Translations under genes and position numbers: made by a program
Origin: Amoebophrya sp. A120
Taxonomy: Eukaryota > Protista > Dinoflagellata
Assembly (NCBI GenBank): GCA_905178155.1
Contig: CAJINV010000002.1
Span: 6,242,476-6,306,475 of the forward strand
DNA length: 64,000 nt
Reading direction: 5' to 3'
Shown: positions 1 through 10,255 of the stretch, in pieces
How positions within the stretch are numbered: the first letter of the stretch is position 1
Layout: every line of letters begins with the position of its first letter
Notes under the pieces: generated by a model
Database searches by the model: none
The model's input: only the letters and a program-made list of their open reading frames with translations
Told to the model about the DNA's origin: nothing

Positions 1-532
1 CCTCCGTTTGACATCTTGGATCATGAATAAAACGAGCTTGAGAACTTGTACTTGATCGAGCGCAGGACCAGGAGAGAATAAAATTTTCGTGAAGACCCGA
101 AGAAGAAGTGTGCTCCTGTGCACCAGCGGCAAATTTTCACCTGGAGCTTCCAGAACATGAAAATCACCAGCCCGCTTGTGCACCAGCTGCAAGGACGTCG
201 CCGCGCTTGTACGTCCTGGCGCCAACACGCTAGATAGGCAATTTTGAAAGATGTCGCTCGGTAGCTAGTCAGAGACAGAAATATTAAACGTCGATCCGCG
301 GATGATAGATCATCACTGTAGATTTGCAATTAGTTGCTGAGCCAGCAGAAGTATATGCCTTCCAACCCTTTTTCGAATTATTGTGTCGCTCTTTACCATT
401 ACGCTTACTGGTACAAATCATTTGATATTCTGGTCGTGCTTGCGCGCAAACAAACAACGCCTTTTGTGAAAGTTAGAGCTTCAACCTTTGTTCTCATATT
501 ATCCCCTACTTCAACATTTTCCCGTCACAACA

Positions 533-3500
533 TCAGAATCGCCCCCTCTGTTGCGAAAAGCGTCTCTTCGCCGCCCCCATTGGCTTATTTGCCTGAAACG
601 GATTGCCGCCGAAGCCAGCCTGTCCGCCCCCGAAGGGGTTGTTCGCGTTGCCTGCTGCATTGTTGGTGTTCGCACCGGCACCACCGCCAAAGATCCCTCC
701 GCCACCAGTACTAGCTCCTCCGCCACCGAAGATGCCACCACCCGTGCTCGTCGCGCCACCCCCGCCGAAGGGATTCCCCCCTCCCGCCGGCGCGGCACCG
801 CCAAAAATGCCGCTACTTGTGGTGGAGCCCCCGCCGAAGGGGTTGCCGTTGGCACTGGGTTGCGCAGAACTTGTATTGGCTCCACCGCCTCCAAAGGGGT
901 TTTGTTGTGCGCCGTTAGCTGCTGCTGGTGCAGCACCTCCGAACAAGGAGTTTGCAGTTCCTGTGCCGTTGTTCGCTGCATTGTTTCCCGCTGCGTTCCC
1001 CCCGCCAAACGCACCCCCGAAAACACCCCCGCCGCCGCCAGCAGGATTATTAGTGTTCGCACTGCCGAAAATACCACTTGAATTGTTGTTCGGCTGCGCC
1101 GGGGCGCCGAAAACATTTGTCGCTGGTGCTGCTCCCGTCGTTGCACCACCGCCGAACGCCCCCCCTGCGCTGGTGGTCGTGGTGCCGCCGAACGGACCAG
1201 GTGCGGCTGCCGTGGCCCCGAAAATGCCACCAGTGCTCGTTGCTGCCGCGGGTGCTGCTCCACCTACTCCGCCAAAGATACTACTACCGGAAGTAGCTGC
1301 TGCGGTGGTGGTCGACGCTGGTGCAGCTGCACCCCCTCCAAAGATGCTGGCGTTGCTGCCCGCTCCTGTACTGGTTGCAGCTCCTGCGGCACCAAAAATG
1401 CCGCCAGCACTCGAGGTTGGCTGCGACGTGGTGTTTGCTCCGCCGCCAAAAATCGAGTTTCCCGCACTGGTCGAGGCGGGAGCTCCACTGCCGAAAATAC
1501 CACCGCCTGCAGCAGCGGGTGCGGCACCGGCACTACTAGCAGCGCCGAAGGCGGGGGTCGCTGTCGCAGACGCTGGTGCACCTCCGCCGCCGAAAATGCT
1601 TTGCTTCGAGTCCTGGGAGGTCGCTGCAGGAGCAGCAGCTGCTGCTGCTGCCCCAAAAATACTACCTGTCGTTTGCTTGGAGTCCGTTTGCAACCCACCA
1701 CCAAAAATACTGCTTGCCTTTGATTCCGCTGGTGGTTGCGCTGGTGCTAAACCTCCACCAAAAATACTGGATGCCTTCGCTTCTGTACCAGCAGGGGCGG
1801 TAGCTGGCGCTGAACCAAAAATGCTAGCTTGCTTCGCGTCAGCAGGTGCACCGAAGAGGCTCGTCGTATTTGAAGCGGCTGCTGGCTTAGCTGCATTCTC
1901 ACTAGCGGGAGCTGCAGCGCCAAAAATGCTGCTTCCGGTCTTAGCCTCTGGTCCAGAGGTAGAGCCGAAAATCCCCCCCGTGGGTTTAGCTTCCGCAGGA
2001 GCTGCGGTCCCTCCGAAAATGCTGCTCGCTTTTGAGTCTGCAGCTGGCGCCCCGAAAATGTTCGAAGATGATCCAGCTTTGGCTTGCTGGTCTGCGGCGG
2101 GCGCAGGTGCGCCGAAAATGCTAGATTTGGAACCGTCGGGTGCCGCAGCCGGACCGCCAAAAATGCTCCCGCCCTTGGAAGGTTCTGCCGCCGGTGCAGC
2201 ACCGCCAAAAATTGACGCAGCTGCTCCACCAGCCTTAGAGGTCATCTCTCCTGAAGATGCAGTAGCTGCGCCCCCTGGTGCACCTCCGAAAATGCTGCCT
2301 GCCTTCGGCTGTTCTGCTGCTGGTGCACCGCCTCCGCCGCTGCCAAAAATACCGGCAGCCTTGTCGGTCGAGCTACCGAAAATGCTGTTTCCGGTTGTAC
2401 TATTTGCCGACGTCGCGGGGTCGCCTTCTTTCTGTGCACCCGTTGCTGCACCACCACCGAAGATACTCTTAGACTTTGACAAACCCTCTCCACTGCCGAA
2501 GATACCACCAGGAGCAGGTTGCGTTTTGTTCTCACCAGAGCTGCTATTTTCCGCCGCACTTATTTCCGTTTTCTGCTCTTTTGCGGCATGATCTCCAGCG
2601 GCCCCGGAGGCAAACATGTTCGCAGAACTGTCTTTATTTTGCTCCTTGAATTTCGCCAAAAAGGGGTTGCTCGCCGGTTTCGACGCGGACAACGAGAACG
2701 CACTTGCGGAGCCGAAAATGCTGTTCGAGGAAGCATTGGTCATCCCAGCTGCGCCGGGCTTCTTCTCGTTCCCCTCAGGTTGGTCCTTGCTGTCTGCTCC
2801 TGTGGTAGTTTTCGCTTTCTTGTTCGCGTCCTCCTCTTCCGCTTTTGACACGACATCCGCACCGAAAATGTTGGTGATCGAGGTCTTTGGCTTCTGGTCG
2901 ACTTTGGAACTGCCAAAAATCGGCGACTTCTTCACCTCATGATCCTCCTTCGCATCAACATCCTTCGGGGTTGTAGTCGTGTCAAGGATTGGCCAACGAC
3001 CAACACTTTTTTTTTCTCGTCCGGTGGGGGGATTGATTCGGTGCTGCATTTGCTTAAAGTCCTTGACAACCGTAGTTGCAGTATCACCTCCAGTAGATGC
3101 TCCGTCTTTTATTTTCTCTGGTGCAGCTGCTCCAAAAATGCTATCCTTTCCGGCCTTTGCACCGGCGCTGCCCACAGCACCTCCATCCTTCGACGCAAAG
3201 GAGTGCTTCTTTATCGGCGGTCCCATGGGTGGAAGCATGGATTTCTTGCTGACAAGTTCCTTCTTCTCGGTGATGCCGTAGAGTGTTCTCAGCTCCTCGT
3301 CCTTTTTCTTCTTCTCGGGGTCCAATTGTACGTCATGACTATCAGCAATTCCCCCATCCAGCGACGTCTCGTTGTCTTGCTCCCAGAGGCTGTTCAACAC
3401 GTCCTGCTTTGTCAATTTCCCGTACCGGCTGCTGTTGATCTTCCTCTTGTTCGCCCCGAAAGTGATCCGTTTGGGCTCCGAGGGCACGCGCGCGGTGCTT

Positions 3501-3772
3501 TCTTGTTCATCCCGATGCAGCTTTCCTCCTCGGCGGGAAGACGACCCAGCGCGACCCTTTGGACTAGAGGCGGGGTTTAATATTTTGGAGGAAAGGGTCG
3601 ACGTGTTATTCTCCTTCATCTTTTCGTCGCTTTTTCTGCCTTCTTGCTGTACCACCTTACGGTACTTCGCGCTGGGCTGATGTTGACCACCACGGTAATT
3701 GTTCGCCGCGCCGATTTCTAGCGACGAATTGCCTTCCTGGTCCGGGCTCTCAAGCTCGTAGTCCGGAGACAT
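533..3772 (-). CDS. FG-repeat nucleoporin (Nup1/Nup153-like architecture)
   Basis: 1079-aa intronless ORF. It has dozens of SIFG/GIFG/NPFG repeats in A/G/S/T-rich spacers, a charged N-terminal half, and a short basic C-terminal tail (AKRRFSQQRGRF) as seen in nuclear-basket FG-Nups. Confidence 0.85.
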   Translation of the reverse strand: MSPDYELESPDQEGNSSLEIGAANNYRGGQHQPSAKYRKVVQQEGRKSDEKMKENNTSTLSSKILNPASSPKGRAGSSSRRGGKLHRDEQESTARVPSEPKRITFGANKRKINSSRYGKLTKQDVLNSLWEQDNETSLDGGIADSHDVQLDPEKKKKDEELRTLYGITEKKELVSKKSMLPPMGPPIKKHSFASKDGGAVGSAGAKAGKDSIFGAAAPEKIKDGASTGGDTATTVVKDFKQMQHRINPPTGREKKSVGRWPILDTTTTPKDVDAKEDHEVKKSPIFGSSKVDQKPKTSITNIFGADVVSKAEEEDANKKAKTTTGADSKDQPEGNEKKPGAAGMTNASSNSIFGSASAFSLSASKPASNPFLAKFKEQNKDSSANMFASGAAGDHAAKEQKTEISAAENSSSGENKTQPAPGGIFGSGEGLSKSKSIFGGGAATGAQKEGDPATSANSTTGNSIFGSSTDKAAGIFGSGGGGAPAAEQPKAGSIFGGAPGGAATASSGEMTSKAGGAAASIFGGAAPAAEPSKGGSIFGGPAAAPDGSKSSIFGAPAPAADQQAKAGSSSNIFGAPAADSKASSIFGGTAAPAEAKPTGGIFGSTSGPEAKTGSSIFGAAAPASENAAKPAAASNTTSLFGAPADAKQASIFGSAPATAPAGTEAKASSIFGGGLAPAQPPAESKASSIFGGGLQTDSKQTTGSIFGAAAAAAAPAATSQDSKQSIFGGGGAPASATATPAFGAASSAGAAPAAAGGGIFGSGAPASTSAGNSIFGGGANTTSQPTSSAGGIFGAAGAATSTGAGSNASIFGGGAAAPASTTTAAATSGSSIFGGVGGAAPAAATSTGGIFGATAAAPGPFGGTTTTSAGGAFGGGATTGAAPATNVFGAPAQPNNNSSGIFGSANTNNPAGGGGGVFGGAFGGGNAAGNNAANNGTGTANSLFGGAAPAAANGAQQNPFGGGGANTSSAQPSANGNPFGGGSTTSSGIFGGAAPAGGGNPFGGGGATSTGGGIFGGGGASTGGGGIFGGGAGANTNNAAGNANNPFGGGQAGFGGNPFQANKPMGAAKRRFSQQRGRF

Positions 3773-3937
3773 GAAATTACTGGACGATGCACCGCCAGAA
3801 GAACGCCGCCGGTCCTGAGTTTGGGTGGAAGGTGGACAAGTCTGCTACTGTAAAAATTTTCTGTACAAGCTTTTCACGACCCAATAGTGGTATAAACTAA
3901 GAATGTCGACTTCATTCCGCATATCCTCGTTCAACAA

Positions 3938-5554
3938 TCAGAAGTATACTTCAATCGCCTGCGGCGGCGCGACGGCGTGGGCGAACGGGTGAGACGAGGG
4001 CGCTCCGAACGGGTGGAATAAGTGCTGGGAGCCGACTGGCCAGGGCTGTCTTCTGTCCCGGTTTTTGTAGGCTTCGGAAAACAGAGGCTGCACGGGGTGG
4101 TAGTGCTGCATCACGAAGTGCTGGGGGAAATGAAGCCGGTTCAGCCGGGGATCGTGCGGGCCTTTCACGGCAGCTGTTATAGAGTGTGTAATCATATGCG
4201 TTGTTATGCGCGATTCTTGTTTCAGAATCCAATTGCCTCCATCGTTGTTCAATCATGAACGGATAAAAAAAACTTCCCTGCTCGCAGAAACAGTGAAAAA
4301 TTTAGAGCAATCATTCCGATTAAAAAAATCACAACAAAACGAAGGTGTAGTTCATCAAGTGTTTAATCTTCAATACTGGATCTGTAGTTCATCCAATGCT
4401 CTTTGTTCTTCAAATTCTTCTCCCGCTCCTCCTTGCTCAAAAGCTCCCGCAAGCAGCTCTTCGGCGCGGCGTACTCCTGTTGCCAGTCCGGGCGAAACAG
4501 GTTCACCTCTTTCGGCTGCAGGAAGGGATTCGACCGCCACACGGCCAGGTCGCGCGCGGCGTACGCATTCTGCTCGTGCACCCCGGCCAGCCGCATGTCC
4601 TTCACGCCCGCGAATTGCGGATACAAAAACGTCCCCCGTTCCCGCTCCTTGCTCGTCATCGGCTTTCGCTGCTGCAGCTGGTGCTGGCGGAACTTGATAT
4701 CCTGCTTTTCAAACACTGCTCTCGCGTCCCCCGCGAAAATCGGCCGGCCGTCCTCTTGGAAGCCCAGGATCGCATCGTTCGGGACCATTTCCAGGTTCGA
4801 CTGCTCGGCGTCCTCTTCAGTTGTCCGCGCGGCTGCAGTTCTTTTGGGTTGCTTCTTGTATCGGTTTTCGTTGGTTCGCTCATCGGGGACGAAGAGCTCG
4901 GGGCGCCGGGAAGACGAACCGCGGGAGGCAGCAGCGTTAGGTCCTCCACCTGATGGGATGTTGGAACAATAAGCACCGTTGTAAGCGCCACCAAAGTAAC
5001 CTGTCGCCCCACTAGATGAGTCAACGTAGAGGCCCTCGTTTGACGCATTATATCGAGCGCCGTACTGATGTGGTCCTGAAAGTTGCTGGTGCTGACCAAA
5101 CACTCCGAAGCTGGACGAGGGAAGAGTGTCCCGGGAATAGTTAAACCGGTAATCCGGAATATTAGAAGAAGCTGCGCTGTAGGGGTTGTAACCAAAAGCA
5201 CCTCCCGGATGCTGCTGCTGCTGCCCCGCGTTGCTGGGAGAATCCGACTCACCTGTGTTTTTTTTCATCAATGGTCTCCAGCTTCTCGCTCTATCTTGAA
5301 ACACGCACCGCGCGTCTGCTTCAAGACAGTATGTAAAAGGCACTAACATTCGAAGAGTTTGAATTTTCCATATTACCGCAAGAATGATTTTTTTTTTAAG
5401 AATCTTCTTCTATGCCCAAAGTTATACCTTTCAACAATTTCCAGAAGGCTTCTCCGACCTCCCCAACGTATTTCTTTATTCTTTTTAACCCAGTAGTCTG
5501 CTGCTCCTCCCCCCGCTCATTTTCCTCACTGTGCCGGCGCTGTCGCTTGTTCAT
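3938..5554 (-). CDS. Hypothetical protein, three predicted exons
   Basis: ATG at 5554 (MNKRQRRH...). It joins through GT-AG introns to the 4363-5349 ORF and then to the GC-rich end of the 3938-4252 ORF (PHDPRLNRLHFPQ...IEVYF*). No family recognised. Confidence 0.55.
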
Positions 5555-6516
5555 CTTTTCCTGTCAGACGAGGTCCTCGACGCCCCGCAGCTGATACGTA
5601 GTATGGAGCACAGCTCTTGGAGTAGGCGTGGGCGGTCTTGTTTCTGCTCAATACTTCTTGGAACGCTTCATATCGTGGAAATCAAAATTCTGGGCGAGAA
5701 TTTTCATTTACGGCAAAGTAATATTCACTTCATCTTCTAAATTCTGTGCCAACTTTCTGGTCGCGACGGTAACTAGCAAACCTATCGAAAAATAGTAGCA
5801 TATTTTTCTCCAATCTGTCTAGAGCAGCTGACACTGAAGCTACAACATCAGTTACAGAGGAAACAAATGGTCGCTGCGCAAGATAGAATACAGATCGCAA
5901 ATCAAATATTATCCGACATGAATTTATGGAGCAGAGGAAGAGCATGGTAGACCTTGAGAAAACGCAAACTTGACTTAGCGATCTTCGCATCAATTTCACT
6001 GTGCACTATCGCATTTTTTTTCTGAAGCTTAGGATCCTGGTTCGCTTGGTAAAATGATTTCTGAGATTGAATTCGTGCCATTTTGTTGAGCTTCGTATGT
6101 TTTGCGGGAGACGCTGGAGCAGAATCTATTTTTGCCCAAAGAATCACTTTAGGTGTCAAGGCCGACCTGTAGATGCTAAAAAGTAAAAGAACTTGAAAGG
6201 GCAGCTCATGAAGAATTGTTTCAAACTTGTTTACAACGATCCCTGGACCTTCACAGAGCAGCGCTGCAGCAATAGCCTGTGTGCGACCACATAGAAAATC
6301 TGCGTTTAACAGAACAGGAGCTAGAAGCCGTGACAACTGCAAGCCGACATGGTTCCACCAGGGCTTACACGAAACGCAGCGGGTAATGTTCTTTAGCGCA
6401 GCACCAGCAGCACGTCAGGCTGGTTACTGGGAAGTAGAAGTACACGCATCGTTATTTTCTCCTGAAAAAAATTCCTTCTGCAGCGTATTCATTGAGCAGT
6501 CGTTGCACTAAACCTC

Positions 6517-7395
6517 CTACGACCACTTCGGGTAGTGTGCCCCGCGCTTCTTCTTCAGCCCCGGCTTTTCCCCCCGCGGGCGATGCGCCCACTTCCCGCG
6601 CAGGGTGTGGCCCGCCTTGCCGAAGGCGCGGATGTGTGCCTCCTTTGCCATCAGCTTCCGCTTCAGCCGGCTCATCTTCTCTTTTTGGTCGAAGATGACC
6701 GCCTTGTGCCGGGCCGTCATGCAGTTGTCCACCCGCCCGGTGGACTCCAGCATGCGGCGAAAGGCCTCCGCCTTGTATTTGGCCTCCATGAAATTGAACT
6801 GCGCGCGGAAAACCCGCTGGCGGTGCCGCCCGCGTTCGTGCCACTGCACGCACCACAGGTCGACCTGGGAGTGGTACTGCACCCCGATTTCCCCGGACTC
6901 ATCCATCGGAATGTCGTGATACGACACATTGTACCTAGATTAAAGTGTTGATCTCATTACAGTAGGCATGGACGTTCCACCTCCTTCGTTTTACTTCTTC
7001 TCGCTGCTCGTGAAAACGCTGTTCTTTCTGTGTAGTACTAAGGGGGCATCTATCAGGGTGCTGCTCGTTTTTTTTCTATACGTATACCTTCTGTGTCCCC
7101 ACATAGGCATTCCGAGGAAGTTGTACGGGTAGTCAGGTCCGAGGTACTCCCCGCTCCTGATTGCTTCCATCTGACTTTGCATCTGGAAATTCTTCGGAAT
7201 GTACTTCCCCCGGCCTGGGTCGAGCACCGCCTTCTTCAACGGCAGCGCTTTTATCTTCGTGGGCACCGGCGGGTGGAAGACCTCATACTTTTGCCCGGGG
7301 GCGCCCGGACGCTGGCCGGAACCGAGGGCGGGTTTGGAAAACCGAAAAAGCGAGCGAGAGGAGGTGGAGGATCGGGAGGGCAGGGAGAGACGCAT
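6517..7395 (-). CDS. AP2-domain (ApiAP2-type) protein with predicted mitochondrial presequence; candidate mitoribosomal AP2 protein
   Basis: Exon 1 starts at ATG 7395 (MRLSLPSRSSTSSRSLFRFSK; R/S/L-rich, no acidic residues). A GT-AG intron spans 6935-7087. Exon 2 contains GVQYHSQVDLWCVQWHERGRHRQRVFRAQFNFMEAKYKAEAFRRML, an AP2-domain pattern. Confidence 0.75.
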
Positions 7396-8045
7396 TTCCA
7401 AGGTGGCAGAGCCGTGCTGGTCGTCCAAGCGAATCGGTCGCGCAGAAGATGTTCGTTAGCTGTTGATGGTAAGTACTCACCACCAACTTAGAAGAACGAT
7501 TTTAGCCAACACGGCTTCGCCATCCGCCATGATACAGTTTTCAAACGCCCAACGTTTGTTTTTTCCAACGAAAGACGTAGCAGATGGATCAAAAATCGAT
7601 TAAAAGCAAAAGATGTTGTGGTCGTCTCCAGATTGCCTCTAGAGAGTGGAATCGAATCTTCCTACTTGAGCTGAGCGGACGAAGAGAACCGACTTTGTTG
7701 TGCGGCCTGCGGCAAAAGTGCAATTGCAATTGCAAATAAGGTCTTCCTGATGATTATCCCGACACCAAATCTACTGGAACCTTCATCTTCCGAACAGTTT
7801 GCTTGCGTAAAGTGGCAACGCCGCTTCGCGCCCGCGGGGTCCGCGGACAAGTCACGTACTCACAGCATTGAAGCTGCAAATCGGATGACGGGTGCAATGG
7901 CAATCGAAGTATTCAGCGCAAAAGATAAATAGCGGGAGAGACATCAGGCAACAACATTTTATCCGCCCCTTTCAGGTGGGCAGCTTGTCACTCACATCAA
8001 CATCTGCCTCTAATTATTGTTCCACATTTGGGATCCAAACCAAAA

Positions 8046-9496
8046 TCACGCCCGACTGTGCTTTCTCAGTAGATCATCGACATCATCGGCGTACACGTAG
8101 CAAATCCGTATCCCCTCCAATATGCACCCCAATGCCAATACCGTCGCTGCAATCGGCTCTGCCTTCCAACTCCACTCCTTTTGGTAGCTGTAGTTTACGG
8201 TTTATTTTAGATCGTCTGCAAGTACTTACTTAAACTCCCTGAGCCTGACCCTGCAGTATGACGATGACCTGATCCGGACATACAAAGAAACTTTATTCAT
8301 CATTTTCATCGTACGAAGCAAAAACTCCCGCGGCCAATTATACCTCGCCGACACGCCCAGGACAAAGCAGTAGATGGAACTGACGGCCGACACCCAAAAA
8401 ATGTGGTTCGTGAACTTGTGTCCGATGGTGTCTTGTCGGGCGAGAAACCGCAGGCCTGCGTGGAGGAAGTAGAGCGCACCTGCCTTCCACGCGAGCACCT
8501 CGCAGACGATCGTGATCGTTTCGTCAGCTTGCTGGTGGTCCTCATACCACTTGTCCCAAAACTTGTACTTGCGCGCCGCTTTGAACAGCAGCGCCACAGA
8601 AGAAAGCAGCATGGTGCAGCCAATCGCGATAGAAAGAATCTGCTCCCGGAAAAGATCTTTGCGCCCTGCATTGTAGAGTTTTGCATTTTGTTTTTGCATT
8701 TGTTGTTGCTCTCCTCTATATTTATCCCATATTATGCACATGAATCAACTTTGCGTGGCGGAAAAATTTAGAATCGAATGCGATCTCTACGTTCTGTCAG
8801 CAGCGTCGCGTCCTCGGCGTCGGCATCCTCGGGGTCTTCCTCTGACAAAGTACTAGAAGTCACGGCAGATTTATTCGTCTCCCCGGACGTCGAGGTACTA
8901 TTCGCCCTCCCATCGCGTTCCCCGTACTTCCCCCATCTGCTCTCCTTGTAAAACCGGCACACCGTGCAAAAAGACGCCAGACAGTGTGCGAGGGCCTGAA
9001 TGCCGATGCAGTAGAGGGAAACGCCGATGTCCTTGTAAGCGGTAGAAAAAGCAATGACGGAGACGAAAAAACTGATCGGCACGTCCAGCAGACTGGTAAC
9101 GACGAGGCGGGAAATCCAAATGCGCTCCCGTTGCGTGAGAACGTCCATTTTCGAGTACGTCTCGAAGGGTAGCGGGAGGTCTGAAAGGCGGTTGGGTGAT
9201 GAAGGATGTGGTAAGAAAAAGAATTCGTGGTCTTGATATCATGACTTAGAGACAGACTTACATCAAAAACATCACTCTTCACAGGCCGCACTTACGACAA
9301 TGTCAGGAACAGGATGCGCAGCATTAGCACAATCGATAAAGTGACGTTTCCCATACTTACCAGCCGTCAGCTCGGAGAAATTCGAGTTACTTCTGGCCGT
9401 CCTCTGCCGCAACCCTGATTCGCCCTGCCCCAACGCGCCCATGACCACTGGGCCGGGCTGGTAATCCTGCAGCTCTATCGAGCTGATGTCGGCCAT
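8046..9496 (-). CDS. TMEM163-like (cation diffusion facilitator-related) multi-pass membrane protein, 4 predicted exons
   Basis: Several hydrophobic helices. REQILSIAIGCTMLLSSVALLFKA and WKAEPIAATVLALGCILEGIRI resemble TMEM163 helices. GT-AG introns restore a single frame. Confidence 0.55.
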
Positions 9497-10255
9497 CTTG
9501 GATTTTGTTATTCCACGCTCACTCACTCTCGGCTCAAAAATTTTTGGCAGAGCCCCACCAACAGACTGGTGCAAACGGCAAATACCGACCTGGGTCGTGA
9601 CAAGAGGCTGACTAAGCTACTTCAGACATTTTTCGCTCGACAGACACGCCTCTCGTCGCCCGGTTTAGCAAGAAGTCTATTTAGACCATTTTCATCTTCT
9701 CAGTATTCATAAGATAGAACATCAAGCGGAGGAGCAAAGACACCCACCACGACGCCCAGGTGGCTTCCAAGCCCGATTTCTGGCAAGGTCAGGACGATTG
9801 TCATCGTCATGCTGCACTTTTACTGTTTGCTCCAGTTTCTTCATAGCTTGACTTGAAAAAACCCTGCACCGCAGTGCTTTCATATCGGTAGTTATTTTCC
9901 ACCCGTCAAGACTCTTCAGCTCAAAAGATAAGTTTCATACTCAGCTCAAACCACTTACGCAGCTTGTTTCTGTTTTTCTATTGCGAAATATTCAGCTCTA
10001 AAGAAGTATTTGAGTGCCTAGAACCCTTTGTTTTGCATGCAAGAAATCCGCCTGCCTTCACGCCCATCTTCAGCGTCTCTCTTAAGATACACCCGTCAGG
10101 AAAATGAAAACGTATTTTTTTTGCGCAAATTTATTTACACACTCTTATCAAACCAAGTACCACAGCAGGGAATAGAAGAACCAAAATCAATCCCAGCTTC
10201 TCTAGTACTTCTTCCACTGTTGCGATAGATCCTGCTTCCCGTTCCCACCCCCGGT

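Noticed and set aside
1-330. Possible coding fragment at the left edge
   Set aside because: Frame and strand are ambiguous, with no recognisable motif.
603-2591. 662-aa plus-strand P/A-rich ORF with PKI/PKM repeats
   Set aside because: Antisense shadow of the nucleoporin IFG repeats. The same applies to the many plus-strand ORFs opposite GC-rich exons (e.g. 48394-49704, 56798-57661, 58513-59385).
5730-6342. Two overlapping short minus-strand ORFs between the hypothetical and AP2 genes
   Set aside because: No recognisable motifs and no GC-rich exon-like composition; cannot be supported as a gene or TE remnant.
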